Shown piece after piece: positions 20,401 to 28,991 of a stretch of DNA of 64,000 nt. The position numbers were made by a program, and so were the translations under genes. Under the pieces are notes generated by a model, which worked only from the letters and a program-made list of their open reading frames with translations, was not told the origin of the DNA and ran no database searches. Position 1 is the stretch's first letter. Every line of letters starts with the position of its first letter. This DNA comes from Candidatus Yanofskybacteria bacterium RIFCSPLOWO2_02_FULL_44_18 (lineage in GTDB: Bacteria > Patescibacteriota > Minisyncoccia > 2-02-FULL-40-12 > GWA2-44-9), in contig MGKT01000006.1 of NCBI GenBank assembly GCA_001794755.1, positions 115,045 through 179,044 on the forward strand, given 5' to 3'.

Positions 20401-21213
20401 CTCACCGGTCGAAGATGAGAACGACTTGCCTGAAGTCAATCTGCTGGCGCCTTGATATACGAAAACGTTATCAAAGTCGTCTGTCTGACCAGCACCCAAT
20501 CTCTTCACAGTTAAGGTGTTAACCGTGCCGCTGCCGTTGACTCTCACTCGCAGCATCTCAACGCCAACTGCGTTTAGAGTTATTGTCTGCGCGCCTGGGT
20601 TATTTGGAGCCAAGCTTACGGACAATGGGCCGGACGGGGTCGGAGTCGGTGATGTCCCCGGTGTTCGAGAGTAGTTCGGAACCTGGTTTACTGAAGTGTA
20701 GTTTGAACCCTTCGCGTACCAGTTGAACTCGTTGTTGTTGATGCAGAATACTTTTTTGAAGAAATTCGCGTCATCAGCAACTGCTTGAGCGCCGGTGGTG
20801 TTTACCCAGTGAAGGACACCTGTGTCCTCGCCTGTAGTTTCAACACCATATACTTTCTGATCTCCAGTTTCACAGTTTCGGAAAAGTCCTGAAGTCGGAA
20901 ATGCGTCGCGCGCTGTGGCGCTGACATTTTTGACACTCGCAAAACCTCCGAGATGACCGTAGAAATTGAAGATGGCCGGATTCAAGAACAATCTCTTGTA
21001 TCCCTGCTCGTTGACGATGTATATATCCGGATCGTCAGAACCGGCTGCGCTGATCGTATCGCCTTCTCTCAGGCCATAGTCAGAGGGCATTGCCGCACTC
21101 GCCGATGGGACGAATACCGCAAACCCAGCCAACGACAATATTGTCGTTGCCGCAGTTAGAGTCGCGATTGCTCTTTTGAGCAAATCTCGATTCCTGCGTG
21201 ATAAACTATTCAT
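17476..21213 (-). CDS. Large (1245 aa) secreted surface/adhesin-like protein, T/S/G/A-rich beta-rich repeats
   Basis: Signal peptide; N-terminal approx. 130-aa module about 75% identical to the one in 8565..9794; TPSPTPTPSGP linker; long low-complexity beta-rich body. Confidence 0.7.
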   Translation of the reverse strand: MNSLSRRNRDLLKRAIATLTAATTILSLAGFAVFVPSASAAMPSDYGLREGDTISAAGSDDPDIYIVNEQGYKRLFLNPAIFNFYGHLGGFASVKNVSATARDAFPTSGLFRNCETGDQKVYGVETTGEDTGVLHWVNTTGAQAVADDANFFKKVFCINNNEFNWYAKGSNYTSVNQVPNYSRTPGTSPTPTPSGPLSVSLAPNNPGAQTITLNAVGVEMLRVRVNGSGTVNTLTVKRLGAGQTDDFDNVFVYQGASRLTSGKSFSSSTGEVTFLLDSTDGAVNGTKDFSIVADMASANTAGNVNYLQLTGMVATGGAAISGTPLSGNNFTTSGTSSGTIDVAEVGSLSNPTVGQKQAQLAEFKLTANTEGASVKRLTLLNGGNLKPADLTNVKIKTGAMEWSGSVTSDSYLVFDLGSGYSIAKGGNATFKVYGDVGGKKDETIDLYFENNSDVLAVGDQYGQGMAEGTNTLDTADEATTLTLQGGALTLVFNGPNASTVGTTATDVTLLRYSVTAASNIEVKKTEFTLCADQAGDGTYDTETTEGDWDDVTDFKVWNEDTNTVVIGPKDATAFDHADDTTSCPAGGGVQESFTDVLDLMAGTTYNFKVTADINTANVTGELIDGSIIRAILDDYSDDAGDVTVMKYSGTNTSVAAADIVPRADINGPNITLSASSLTLSLAGTPSDQTKIRGTKDVDAVGITFAASQASALKVTTIKITGYAADTTTFDEGVEDGGNSVSVSSAMAKVQLYESGTGALIAGSEKVTNNSLGTSGTGTMTFGNLDWNIPAGTSKTMLVRVDLSNNQASGTAGDLYAFDIAATGDVTALDSDSNTVNPGAASAGVNGTTSPTQVLTVKNSGSMTLATSADSPVKGAVYWGQTNAPISKFRISATDEGQYIEKLTIAASTAAEKADAAANVKEVILSYKNKAGSTITRTQSFGQGASVNFNWESTDANRPYVPQDGSLDITVNANMKTKTEGATQIASTPQDVFFSLDLMDSFNNSYVNGFRAVGDGSGTVIDGTGSNIADVAGAFDQYVYRVFPKIEQVALSSPYSLLGTPIVFKFSVTAMGAPGSNLRFDNEHNSSGSINFEIVASGQSSVNTTTSTTFSILDESGTVIDTGTLRSIGTPGAADTSQTISMAAAASGVQPGKNASISFNFGSQDIEIPAGGTRTFSIRLDNPTQHYGNAGTTGRAPDYFQVTLQDDIAGLINWVADYAGNTNSLDQASTTGVLRSVPLYGPTFQR

Positions 21214-21840
21214 TTTTATTTTTATTTAATTCTTCTGATCGGTATTGCATTATCACTCGAATCGACCGAGGATAACGTGACCAATTCCGGTTCAGAATTT
21301 AATACTGACTTTATACTTACTTTCTTAATCGACATTCTTTCTGACTCGAGATTTTATTGAAAGCGCCTGGCGCTCAAACCTCGAGTGAATTTTGCCAGAA
21401 TCACCCCAACGAAGAATATAATCTTCGCATATGAGAGTTACTCTGCCTCGACCTAGTACATCTCGGGAGTGTCCTTATCGACTGCAAAATTCTTTAAACT
21501 CAAAAATTAATATAACTATCGTTTGCAACATTTTTATCTTTCATAGATTAAATTTTCAATGTCCTTTCTTTAGCTATCCGCCTCTGGACTCGATGAATCA
21601 GGTTCAGGGGCCGATCTCTAAAAAACAAAAGCAACCAAACAATTGGCTACTTATCCGTTTTGACGAATTTATCGTTCATTTTTATATATTTTCTCTGTGT
21701 TACAGGCTTCTGGTTAATATCCACTAAAGACTACACCAGAGAACCCTAAAAGTCAATGAAACCTTATTTATGTTTATTTATTGATATTATATGACCTCCC
21801 ACTATGCTAAACAATAGGAAAATTGTGGATAAATCATGAA

Positions 21841-23406
21841 TTAATTGTTTACGCTGTTTGTCTTGCCCGGAGTTCCGTTTATGGCTGAACCGCTTGCATC
21901 AAGACCGTTCTTAGTCACTCCGTCATTCGTACCCCAACTATTTTGACTTTCTCCCGATCCGGTATTTACCCTTTCCATCGTCGATCTGCTGTCCTTATTT
22001 CCGCCATACCAGCCGTTATCTCCGCATGTGACTTTATCAATTAAAACCCCGTTATTATCCCTTAATTCCAATATTTCGCACGAATCTGATAATGCCCCAG
22101 TGTAAGTCTGATTCGCCGATACATCGTAAACAGAAGTATCATCTGTTCTTTCCAACAAGAAATATCCATTCGCCGCTATTAAACCACTCATATTTATTTG
22201 CGGATCAGGGTTTGACCCTGTTAACGATTTCAGTGTCCAACCTGATATATCAATTGCCAGTGTCGAGTAATTGTATAATTCAATCCATTCGTCAGAAGCA
22301 GACGAGCCGGTCCCCATCCAGGCTATCTCATTTATAACGACTTGGTTTGTATTTTGCGGGGTTGGTGTTGGGGTTGCTTGCGGTGAGGTTGTCAAAACCG
22401 GTGTCACCTCTGGTGTCGGTAATGGTGTCACTGTCGCCAATGGTGTCGGTGACGTGGTGACAGTTGGTGACATTGTTGGTGTCACCAACTGGGTAGGTGA
22501 CGGTGACGGACTTGGTGATGGTGACACCTGTGGTGTCGGCGCGGGAGTTGCAGTGCTGTTGGAAGATTTGGGTGTGCCCTTTATTGAATTTCCTTTGGCA
22601 TCTCTGCCTGTGGAATTTCCAAAAAATGTTTTCCAATTGCTCGGCCCGTTTGAGTATATAAGAGGGTCGATTCTTTCCATTGATAATCTCGACGCGCTCT
22701 CGCCGGCATGCCATTTATCGCCCCATGTGCCGACTCTGTCTATCTCGCCACGCGTATTCTTAAGCAGCAGCACTTCGCCTGAATCAGACAGGCCATTACC
22801 AAAACCCGTTGTATAATCAGCCTTTATATCGCTAATGGCATTATCATCCGTGCGCTCGATGAGAAAGTATCCCCTGGCGGTAATATGCGTTCCGTTTGGA
22901 AAAATAATCTTGGGCGACTCCGACTCTGTAGTCAGCGCCCAGCCAGACATGTCGACATCAAATGACTCGTTATTGTATAACTCTATCCACTCATCGAACG
23001 CCGATGCCAAGGTACCGGACCAGCCGATTTCATTTATGACCACTCTGCCGTCATTGGGCATGGTGACGGTTGGTGACACTGTTGGTGACAGTCCGTTGTT
23101 TGTTGGTGTCACTTGAGGTGTCACTTGAGGTGTCACCTCAGGTGACACCATGCGAGCAGGTGACAGTTTGGTGTCACCTGCAACCGTCACCTGTTTCGAC
23201 GAGCTCACAGCAGGCAATAGCGATGGTGACACCTTGGATGATCTGGCACCATTATTTTTTGAGGGAGCTGTGGATAAAGTGCTTTCAACGGCATCTCCAA
23301 TTGCAGATAATGTCTTTTCTTTGTCGCCTTGATGGGCAAAAATAGTGCTGACGACTGCACCAACCGATAAAGCAAGAATAATATATTTATTTGACCCCAT
23401 AAACAT
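21841..23406 (-). CDS. Secreted protein with two lamin-tail domains (LTD) separated by PT-rich linkers
   Basis: Two copies of VVINEI[GA]W.G.....DEWIELYN.S...D[MI]SGW.L...FLIERTDD; SPSPSPSPSP/TPTPTP linkers. Confidence 0.7.
   Translation of the reverse strand: MFMGSNKYIILALSVGAVVSTIFAHQGDKEKTLSAIGDAVESTLSTAPSKNNGARSSKVSPSLLPAVSSSKQVTVAGDTKLSPARMVSPEVTPQVTPQVTPTNNGLSPTVSPTVTMPNDGRVVINEIGWSGTLASAFDEWIELYNNESFDVDMSGWALTTESESPKIIFPNGTHITARGYFLIERTDDNAISDIKADYTTGFGNGLSDSGEVLLLKNTRGEIDRVGTWGDKWHAGESASRLSMERIDPLIYSNGPSNWKTFFGNSTGRDAKGNSIKGTPKSSNSTATPAPTPQVSPSPSPSPSPTQLVTPTMSPTVTTSPTPLATVTPLPTPEVTPVLTTSPQATPTPTPQNTNQVVINEIAWMGTGSSASDEWIELYNYSTLAIDISGWTLKSLTGSNPDPQINMSGLIAANGYFLLERTDDTSVYDVSANQTYTGALSDSCEILELRDNNGVLIDKVTCGDNGWYGGNKDSRSTMERVNTGSGESQNSWGTNDGVTKNGLDASGSAINGTPGKTNSVNN
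22380..22560. repeat. Low-complexity GGTGTCAC/GGTGAC-type tandem repeats encoding PT/SP linker (coding)
   Basis: Imperfect repeats of ggtgtcac/ggtgacgg units; a second block at 23085-23220. Confidence 0.7.
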
Positions 23407-23942
23407 TAGTCTGGTCTTGAGGAATAAAACACGGCCCTATTTTCATTCATTTTTGATATGAGGCCGGCTGACAGAAGTTCTTTGAGATTTCTTATAACCG
23501 TTCTTTTGGGCAGCAGATTGAATTCGTCGACGACGTCTTTCGACCGGACGTTTCGATTTTTTTTAATAAAATCTAGTATCTTTCCCTTGTTTCCTTTAAA
23601 CAATTCTGTATTTGCTGACCTAGTTGAAGGCCGGCTGGTCGTTTTAGTATTTTTTGGATTATTGGACCTGTAAACATCAACTTTGAGCTGGAGAATATAT
23701 TTTTTGGCGTTTAGAATTTCTTCCTTAATGTCCGCTTGGTCATGCTCGATAAAATCCAGGCAATCAATCAGTTCATTTAAAATATGAATGAGGGAATTGT
23801 TCTTGCCTGAATCAGCAAGAACGGAAATCTGTATATCAATATATCTTTTAATTTTCTCATCGAGTTTTGAAACATAAAATTGGTCGCTTAGCCGAGCAAG
23901 CACTTTTGAAAGAGATAGGAGAGAGTCGGCAAAAACAGACAT
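23406..23942 (-). CDS. Hypothetical protein with C-terminal winged-helix-like DNA-binding domain
   Basis: ILDFIKKNRNVRSKDVVDEFNLLPKRTVIRNLKELLSAGLISK resembles wHTH; 1-nt overlap with LTD gene. Confidence 0.4.
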   Translation of the reverse strand: MSVFADSLLSLSKVLARLSDQFYVSKLDEKIKRYIDIQISVLADSGKNNSLIHILNELIDCLDFIEHDQADIKEEILNAKKYILQLKVDVYRSNNPKNTKTTSRPSTRSANTELFKGNKGKILDFIKKNRNVRSKDVVDEFNLLPKRTVIRNLKELLSAGLISKMNENRAVFYSSRPD

Positions 23943-24020
23943 ATCTTAAGAACCAGTTTGTCATAATAGAAAAATCAGTCAACAGCCGGGTAAAATTAAA
24001 AACGTTATTTCCGCGCTAAT

Positions 24021-24521
24021 TTATTTTTTAATGATCAAGAGTTCGACGTCAAAAATCAAAATAGAGTTCGGCGGGATAAGTCCGTTTCCCACTTCCTTGT
24101 CCCCGTAGCCAAAAGCCGGCGGGATTATTAAACGCCTCTTTCCGCCTGCTTTCATTCCGGCTACGCCGATATCCCAGCCTTTAATTACTTCACCTGCGCC
24201 GATGGTAAATGTAAACGGCTGTCCCCTGTCCAGTGAGCTGTCAAATTTCTTCCCATCTATTAAATATCCGGTGTAATGAACATTAACGGTATTCCCGTTT
24301 TTTGCTTCTGGGCCGGAACCGACTTGAATTTCTTGAGCCGATATTTTATCCATAGGTATTTGTTGATTGCCTTCAGCCGCGCTTGAAACAGCCGGCGAAG
24401 AACTTGCTGAAGGCGATTGCTGAGCTGATTCCTTAGTTGAATTAAACTTGCGGACAAAAAGCCATGCCGCCGCCGAAAGCACCGCTAAAACCACAATCCA
24501 AATAAAAATATTTTTTATCAT
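24021..24521 (-). CDS. FKBP-type peptidyl-prolyl cis-trans isomerase, membrane-anchored/secreted
   Basis: VHYTGYLIDGKKFDSS...FTIGAGEVIKGWDIGVAGMKAGGKRRLIIPPAFGYG canonical FKBP motifs. Confidence 0.85.
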   Translation of the reverse strand: MIKNIFIWIVVLAVLSAAAWLFVRKFNSTKESAQQSPSASSSPAVSSAAEGNQQIPMDKISAQEIQVGSGPEAKNGNTVNVHYTGYLIDGKKFDSSLDRGQPFTFTIGAGEVIKGWDIGVAGMKAGGKRRLIIPPAFGYGDKEVGNGLIPPNSILIFDVELLIIKK

Positions 24522-24522
24522 T

Positions 24523-25464
24523 TTATTTTAGTCGGGATGGGTAAAGATCCGGATCGATTTCCCTTAAGAAACACTGTCGGCCCGCGTCATGAGTCCAGTT
24601 GTCGGACGGATAAGGATAGACAACGGTTTTTGGGTATGAATCCATTCCGGTAACTTGCGGATCTGACGGATACTTAAATGTCGCGCATAGCTGAAATGAC
24701 GGACTTGCCGATGTCGATTTGGCCGTAGGCAGATATTCATAAGATGTACCCGTTTCAGGATCAATAGGAGCTCTGAATCCTGGAATTGAGTTGGTCAAAT
24801 CGGATAAATCACCGGGCAAAACTCTCTTTGACTGCCAATAACTGACAATTTCATTTTGTATTACCTGTAAATCATTTATTCTCCTTTGGTCAAACGCTTT
24901 CGCCCTTTGTGTCATCGGGGAGCCGATGACTATAAATCCGCCGACAATAGACGCAGCCACGGCCCCAACTACTATCCAGCTGTAAACTTTGACGCCGGCC
25001 AGAGGTTTTTCCTTCAATTGGGAAATATAATAGTAAAAAACGGAGCCGGCGATGAACAACACGGTTAAAGCCTTGAATATAAACCTGATTGTAAGCTCGC
25101 CATGGAGCAAACCGTTAAGCACGGCCACCAAATCCCCGATAATAACCAGACCGGCCACAAACAACGTCAGGTAAAGAAGCCAGCGGCGAATTCCCAAATC
25201 TCTTTTTTCGGGATTGCCTTCTATGTCCTTTCTTAAAAATCTGGCTACCCACCAAAAAACAGGGAAAATAATAATCAAGGCTGCCATCGCGCCGCGCAGC
25301 GGCTCCAAAACGTTTTCTCTGGAGTAATAATGATAATTTAACATATCGGGGTAATAGTTATTAATCAGCTGAAAAACCACGATGCCAAAACTGACGGCGC
25401 TTGCGGCCAGTGTGGCGATGGAAAGCAAGTACAAAAAAGTATCGCGGGGCGTGTTTATTTTCAT
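24523..25464 (-). CDS. DUF5671-like polytopic membrane protein
   Basis: N-terminal TM bundle; conserved C-region QRRINDLQVIQNEIVSYW...LPGDLSDL typical of CPR DUF5671 proteins. Confidence 0.55.
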   Translation of the reverse strand: MKINTPRDTFLYLLSIATLAASAVSFGIVVFQLINNYYPDMLNYHYYSRENVLEPLRGAMAALIIIFPVFWWVARFLRKDIEGNPEKRDLGIRRWLLYLTLFVAGLVIIGDLVAVLNGLLHGELTIRFIFKALTVLFIAGSVFYYYISQLKEKPLAGVKVYSWIVVGAVAASIVGGFIVIGSPMTQRAKAFDQRRINDLQVIQNEIVSYWQSKRVLPGDLSDLTNSIPGFRAPIDPETGTSYEYLPTAKSTSASPSFQLCATFKYPSDPQVTGMDSYPKTVVYPYPSDNWTHDAGRQCFLREIDPDLYPSRLK

Positions 25465-25539
25465 ATATTTAATTTAGCACAAATCGTACACATTATCCAC
25501 ACTTCTAAATTCTGAATAAATATATAGTATGAATGTGAA

Positions 25540-26808
25540 ATGAGGAAGACAAAAATTTTAATCTATGGTTTTTTGGTTTTGGCGTCGTTCAGCATCGGCG
25601 CCGGCGGGACGTATTATTTTTCCCAGCATCGAACTACCGCTCAAATAAGTGAGCCTGTTGATGCTAATTTGAATGAATACCAAAAATTTACGGCTGAAAT
25701 TTTTGACACGATAAAAGAAAGGTATTGGGAAAAGATTACCGATGAGCAATTGGCGGCGATATATAAGCTTGGCGCTGAAAAATTGCTGGACAAAAGCCAG
25801 AGTCTGGAATCTATGAATCGGAAGGGTGTGTTAAGCATGGTGGATTCGATAACGTCATCGATGCCGGACGAAAAAAAGAAAATTTTTACGGCAGAACTGG
25901 CCAACATAGTGCTCGTAAACTTAAAACCTTTCGGCCGCAGCCAGCTTTTGTCAGAAAAGCAGCTGCAGACGATAAGTGAAACGGTTCAAAACAAAGACTC
26001 CAGCACCGACTTATACGCCGTTTTGGGACTGGAAAAAGGCGCTTCCCAGGAAGATGTTGACCGGGCGTATAACAATAAAATAAAAGAATCCGGACCGGTG
26101 CCTATTCTGGAGAGAGCATATAATGCCCTGCTTAAACCTGAAGCAAAACAAAAATACGACCAATCGGGCATCGAACCGACAGTTGAGCACCGCATTATCA
26201 AGCCTGATATTTTTTATATGCACGTGAAAAAAATATCGCCGCAAACTCTGGATGAATTCCAGAAAGCAAGCGACTCGACTGACAGAAACCCGGAACTTAA
26301 AACATTAGTTCTTGATTTGAGAGGCAACATCGGCGGAGCCATTGACATAATGCCCTATTTCCTGGGCCCGTTCATCGGACCCGACAATTATGCATACGAT
26401 TTTTTTCATCAAGACGAGTATGTTCCTTTTAAAACAAAAACAGGCTGGCTTCCCAGTTTGGTAAAATTCAAAAAGGTCGTTATCTTAATCGACGGAGAAA
26501 GCCAATCATCGGCCGAAGTCATGGCCGCGACACTGAAAAAATACAATGTCGGAGTGTTAATCGGAAGCCGCACCAAGGGCTGGGGCACAATTGAACAAAT
26601 TACGCCTATCAAAAATCAGTTTGACCCGACTCAAAAATTTTCACTCCTTCTTGTTCACAGCCTAACTCTCCGCGAAGACGGCCAGCCAATTGAGGGAAGA
26701 GGGGTTGAACCGACGATTTATATAAGCGACAAGAACTGGCCAAAGCTCTTTCAAGACTACTATAATTCCCCTGTTCTCATGCAAGCAATAAAGAATTTAT
26801 TGAAATAA
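25540..26808 (+). CDS. S41 family C-terminal processing peptidase with central degenerate J-domain-like segment
   Basis: C-terminal LDLRGNIGGAID, VILIDGESQSSAEVMAATLK, RTKGWGTIEQ (S41 motifs); central DLYAVLGLEKGASQEDVDRAYNNKIKE...KYDQ resembles DnaJ J-domain. Confidence 0.65.
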   Translation: MRKTKILIYGFLVLASFSIGAGGTYYFSQHRTTAQISEPVDANLNEYQKFTAEIFDTIKERYWEKITDEQLAAIYKLGAEKLLDKSQSLESMNRKGVLSMVDSITSSMPDEKKKIFTAELANIVLVNLKPFGRSQLLSEKQLQTISETVQNKDSSTDLYAVLGLEKGASQEDVDRAYNNKIKESGPVPILERAYNALLKPEAKQKYDQSGIEPTVEHRIIKPDIFYMHVKKISPQTLDEFQKASDSTDRNPELKTLVLDLRGNIGGAIDIMPYFLGPFIGPDNYAYDFFHQDEYVPFKTKTGWLPSLVKFKKVVILIDGESQSSAEVMAATLKKYNVGVLIGSRTKGWGTIEQITPIKNQFDPTQKFSLLLVHSLTLREDGQPIEGRGVEPTIYISDKNWPKLFQDYYNSPVLMQAIKNLLK

Positions 26809-26823
26809 TTATCACAAAATGGT

Positions 26824-27009
26824 ATGCTTCATGCTGCCAAAATGATAAGGCTAGTCATAAGAATTTTAGGCAATATTATAGGAATCTACGTCATTTCTTT
26901 AATTATCCCCGGATTCAGTATAACCGGCGGCTGGCAAACAATAGTTTTGGCCGGCGTAGCTTTGGGAATCGTTAACGTAATAATCCGGATGTTCACTTTC
27001 TTCATTTGA
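26824..27009 (+). CDS. Small membrane protein (possibly truncated DUF360/holin-like)
   Basis: 61 aa, two hydrophobic helices. Confidence 0.3.
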   Translation: MLHAAKMIRLVIRILGNIIGIYVISLIIPGFSITGGWQTIVLAGVALGIVNVIIRMFTFFI

Positions 27010-27218
27010 TGATTATTTCATACGTACAAATAGGGTTAGCGCTTCTGCTTATAATCGCCATACTTTTGCAACAGAGAGGATCGGGCTTATCTTCGGCTTT
27101 CGGAGGCAGTAGCATTGAATACAGCACAAAGAGAGGCGCTGAAAAAGTGATTTTTAACGCCACGATAATTCTGGCTATTCTTTTCTTCAGCATTTCTCTT
27201 TGGAGAATAATCGGCTAG
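27006..27218 (+). CDS. secG: Preprotein translocase subunit SecG
   Basis: ILLQQRGSGLSSAFGG signature, two TM helices, 70 aa. Confidence 0.7.
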   Translation: MMIISYVQIGLALLLIIAILLQQRGSGLSSAFGGSSIEYSTKRGAEKVIFNATIILAILFFSISLWRIIG

Positions 27219-27227
27219 GTCTACATA

Positions 27228-28991
27228 ATGCGCAAAGACGACAATCAGCTTGATGATTTTTTTGGATTGAAACCGGAATTGCCGGAGAAGCGGCCAAAAG
27301 AGTCGCGATTCAAAAAAATCAAATCTAAAATTAAACTGATACCTAAGGTACTTTCAAAGAAAGAAAGGTATGTTATTTTTTTATTGCTAATACTGATGGC
27401 CGGAGCCGTTATTTCAATTCCTTTCACGACTTACAACAGATTTACGACCGCCCAAGCCGAATACGGCGGATCATTTACAGAAGGCGTAATAGGAGAACCG
27501 AGGCACATAAATCCCCTGCTTTCCCAAACAAACGACGCAGACCGGGATTTGGTGTCTTTGATATATTCCGGACTTTTAAAGTACAACGAGAACGGAAAAC
27601 TGATTCCGGCTCTGGCGAAATCATATGAAATTTCAAGTGACGGCCTCAATTACACCGTCTACTTAAAGCCAAACGCAGTTTGGCACGACGGCAGGGCCGT
27701 CACTGCCGGCGATATAATATTCACGGTAAACGCGGCCCAGAATCCAGACTATGGAAGTTTGCAGAGAATCAATTGGCAAGGAGTGGAAGTCGAAAAAATC
27801 AATGACACCGCCGTGATGTTTAAATTGAAAAATAAATACGCCCAGTTTCTGAACAACCTGACGCTGCCCATCATCCCTGAACACATTTGGTCCGATGTGA
27901 AACCTATAAATTTCGCGTTATCCGACTTAAATCTAAAACCGATCGGATCCGGACCGTATCAGTTTAAAAAATTAAAAAAAGATAGCTCGGGCCGCGTCGT
28001 ATCATATGAGCTTGAGTCGAATAAGAAATTTTACGACGGCAGGCCTTATGTCGACAAAATGACGATTCAATTTTACGGAACTGAAGACGAACTAATCGAC
28101 GCGTATAATAAAAATGAGGTTGCAAATCTCGGCTACATCAGCCCGCAGAATTTAAAAAAGATTAAATTCAAGCAGCGGTTGCACATTGAAGAACTGAAAC
28201 TACCCCGATATTTCGCCGTATTTTTCAATACTTCCCAATCAAGATTGCTGGCCGACAAAAATATCAGACTGGCCCTGAATTACGGCACGGACAAGGGAGC
28301 TCTAGTTAAAACGATTCTGGATGATAAGGGCAACGCCGTTAATTCTCCGCTGGTTGGAGAAGTTACCGGTATGAGCGATATTCAAAAGTACTCGTATGAT
28401 CCAGACATGGCAAAAAAAATACTGGCCGCGACCGGCTGGGGAAATCCCGATGAAAACGGAATCCTGTCTAAAAACAAGGACTCCCTTAAATTAACACTAG
28501 TTACCTCAACTTGGCCGGAATTATCCCAAGTCGCTAATATTTTGAAGGATCAATGGAAAAAAATAGGAGTGGACTTGGATGTAAAAGTTTACCCGACTAC
28601 TTCGCTTCAGGACGCCATTAAGAACAGGGATTACCAGATGCTGCTGTTCGGCGAAATATTAACAATCGACCCCGATCCATTCAGCCTCTGGCACTCGTCT
28701 CAAAAAAGAGAGCCCGGATTAAATTTAGCGTTATACGACAACAAGACGGCGGATAATATATTGGAAGACGCCCGGCAGACTTTGAATCCTCTGGAGCGCA
28801 TGAAAAAATATGACGATTTTCAAAAAATACTGGTTGAGGATGCGCCTGCAGTATTTCTTTATAATCCATATTACATTTACGCTCACAGCAAAAACATCCG
28901 CGGATTTGAAAGCAAAATTATTTCCATGCCCTCCGACCGATTCGTCAACGTGGAAAAATGGTATATTAACACCAAAAGGACATTCAACTGA
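27228..28991 (+). CDS. ABC transporter substrate-binding protein, family 5 (peptide/nickel-type)
   Basis: N-terminal TM anchor; SBP_bac_5-like length and motifs (YGGSFTEGVIGEPRHINPLL...). Confidence 0.75.
   Translation: MRKDDNQLDDFFGLKPELPEKRPKESRFKKIKSKIKLIPKVLSKKERYVIFLLLILMAGAVISIPFTTYNRFTTAQAEYGGSFTEGVIGEPRHINPLLSQTNDADRDLVSLIYSGLLKYNENGKLIPALAKSYEISSDGLNYTVYLKPNAVWHDGRAVTAGDIIFTVNAAQNPDYGSLQRINWQGVEVEKINDTAVMFKLKNKYAQFLNNLTLPIIPEHIWSDVKPINFALSDLNLKPIGSGPYQFKKLKKDSSGRVVSYELESNKKFYDGRPYVDKMTIQFYGTEDELIDAYNKNEVANLGYISPQNLKKIKFKQRLHIEELKLPRYFAVFFNTSQSRLLADKNIRLALNYGTDKGALVKTILDDKGNAVNSPLVGEVTGMSDIQKYSYDPDMAKKILAATGWGNPDENGILSKNKDSLKLTLVTSTWPELSQVANILKDQWKKIGVDLDVKVYPTTSLQDAIKNRDYQMLLFGEILTIDPDPFSLWHSSQKREPGLNLALYDNKTADNILEDARQTLNPLERMKKYDDFQKILVEDAPAVFLYNPYYIYAHSKNIRGFESKIISMPSDRFVNVEKWYINTKRTFN

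Noticed and set aside
22380-23220. Possible CRISPR-like short repeats (ggtgtcac units)
   Set aside because: They are irregular, contiguous without spacers, and lie in-frame within a CDS where they encode PT/SP linkers. No CRISPR array was detected anywhere in the window.
26824-27009. Calling the 61-aa ORF a phage holin (DUF360)
   Set aside because: The similarity is only impressionistic and the protein is half the usual length. It was kept as a generic small membrane protein at low confidence.
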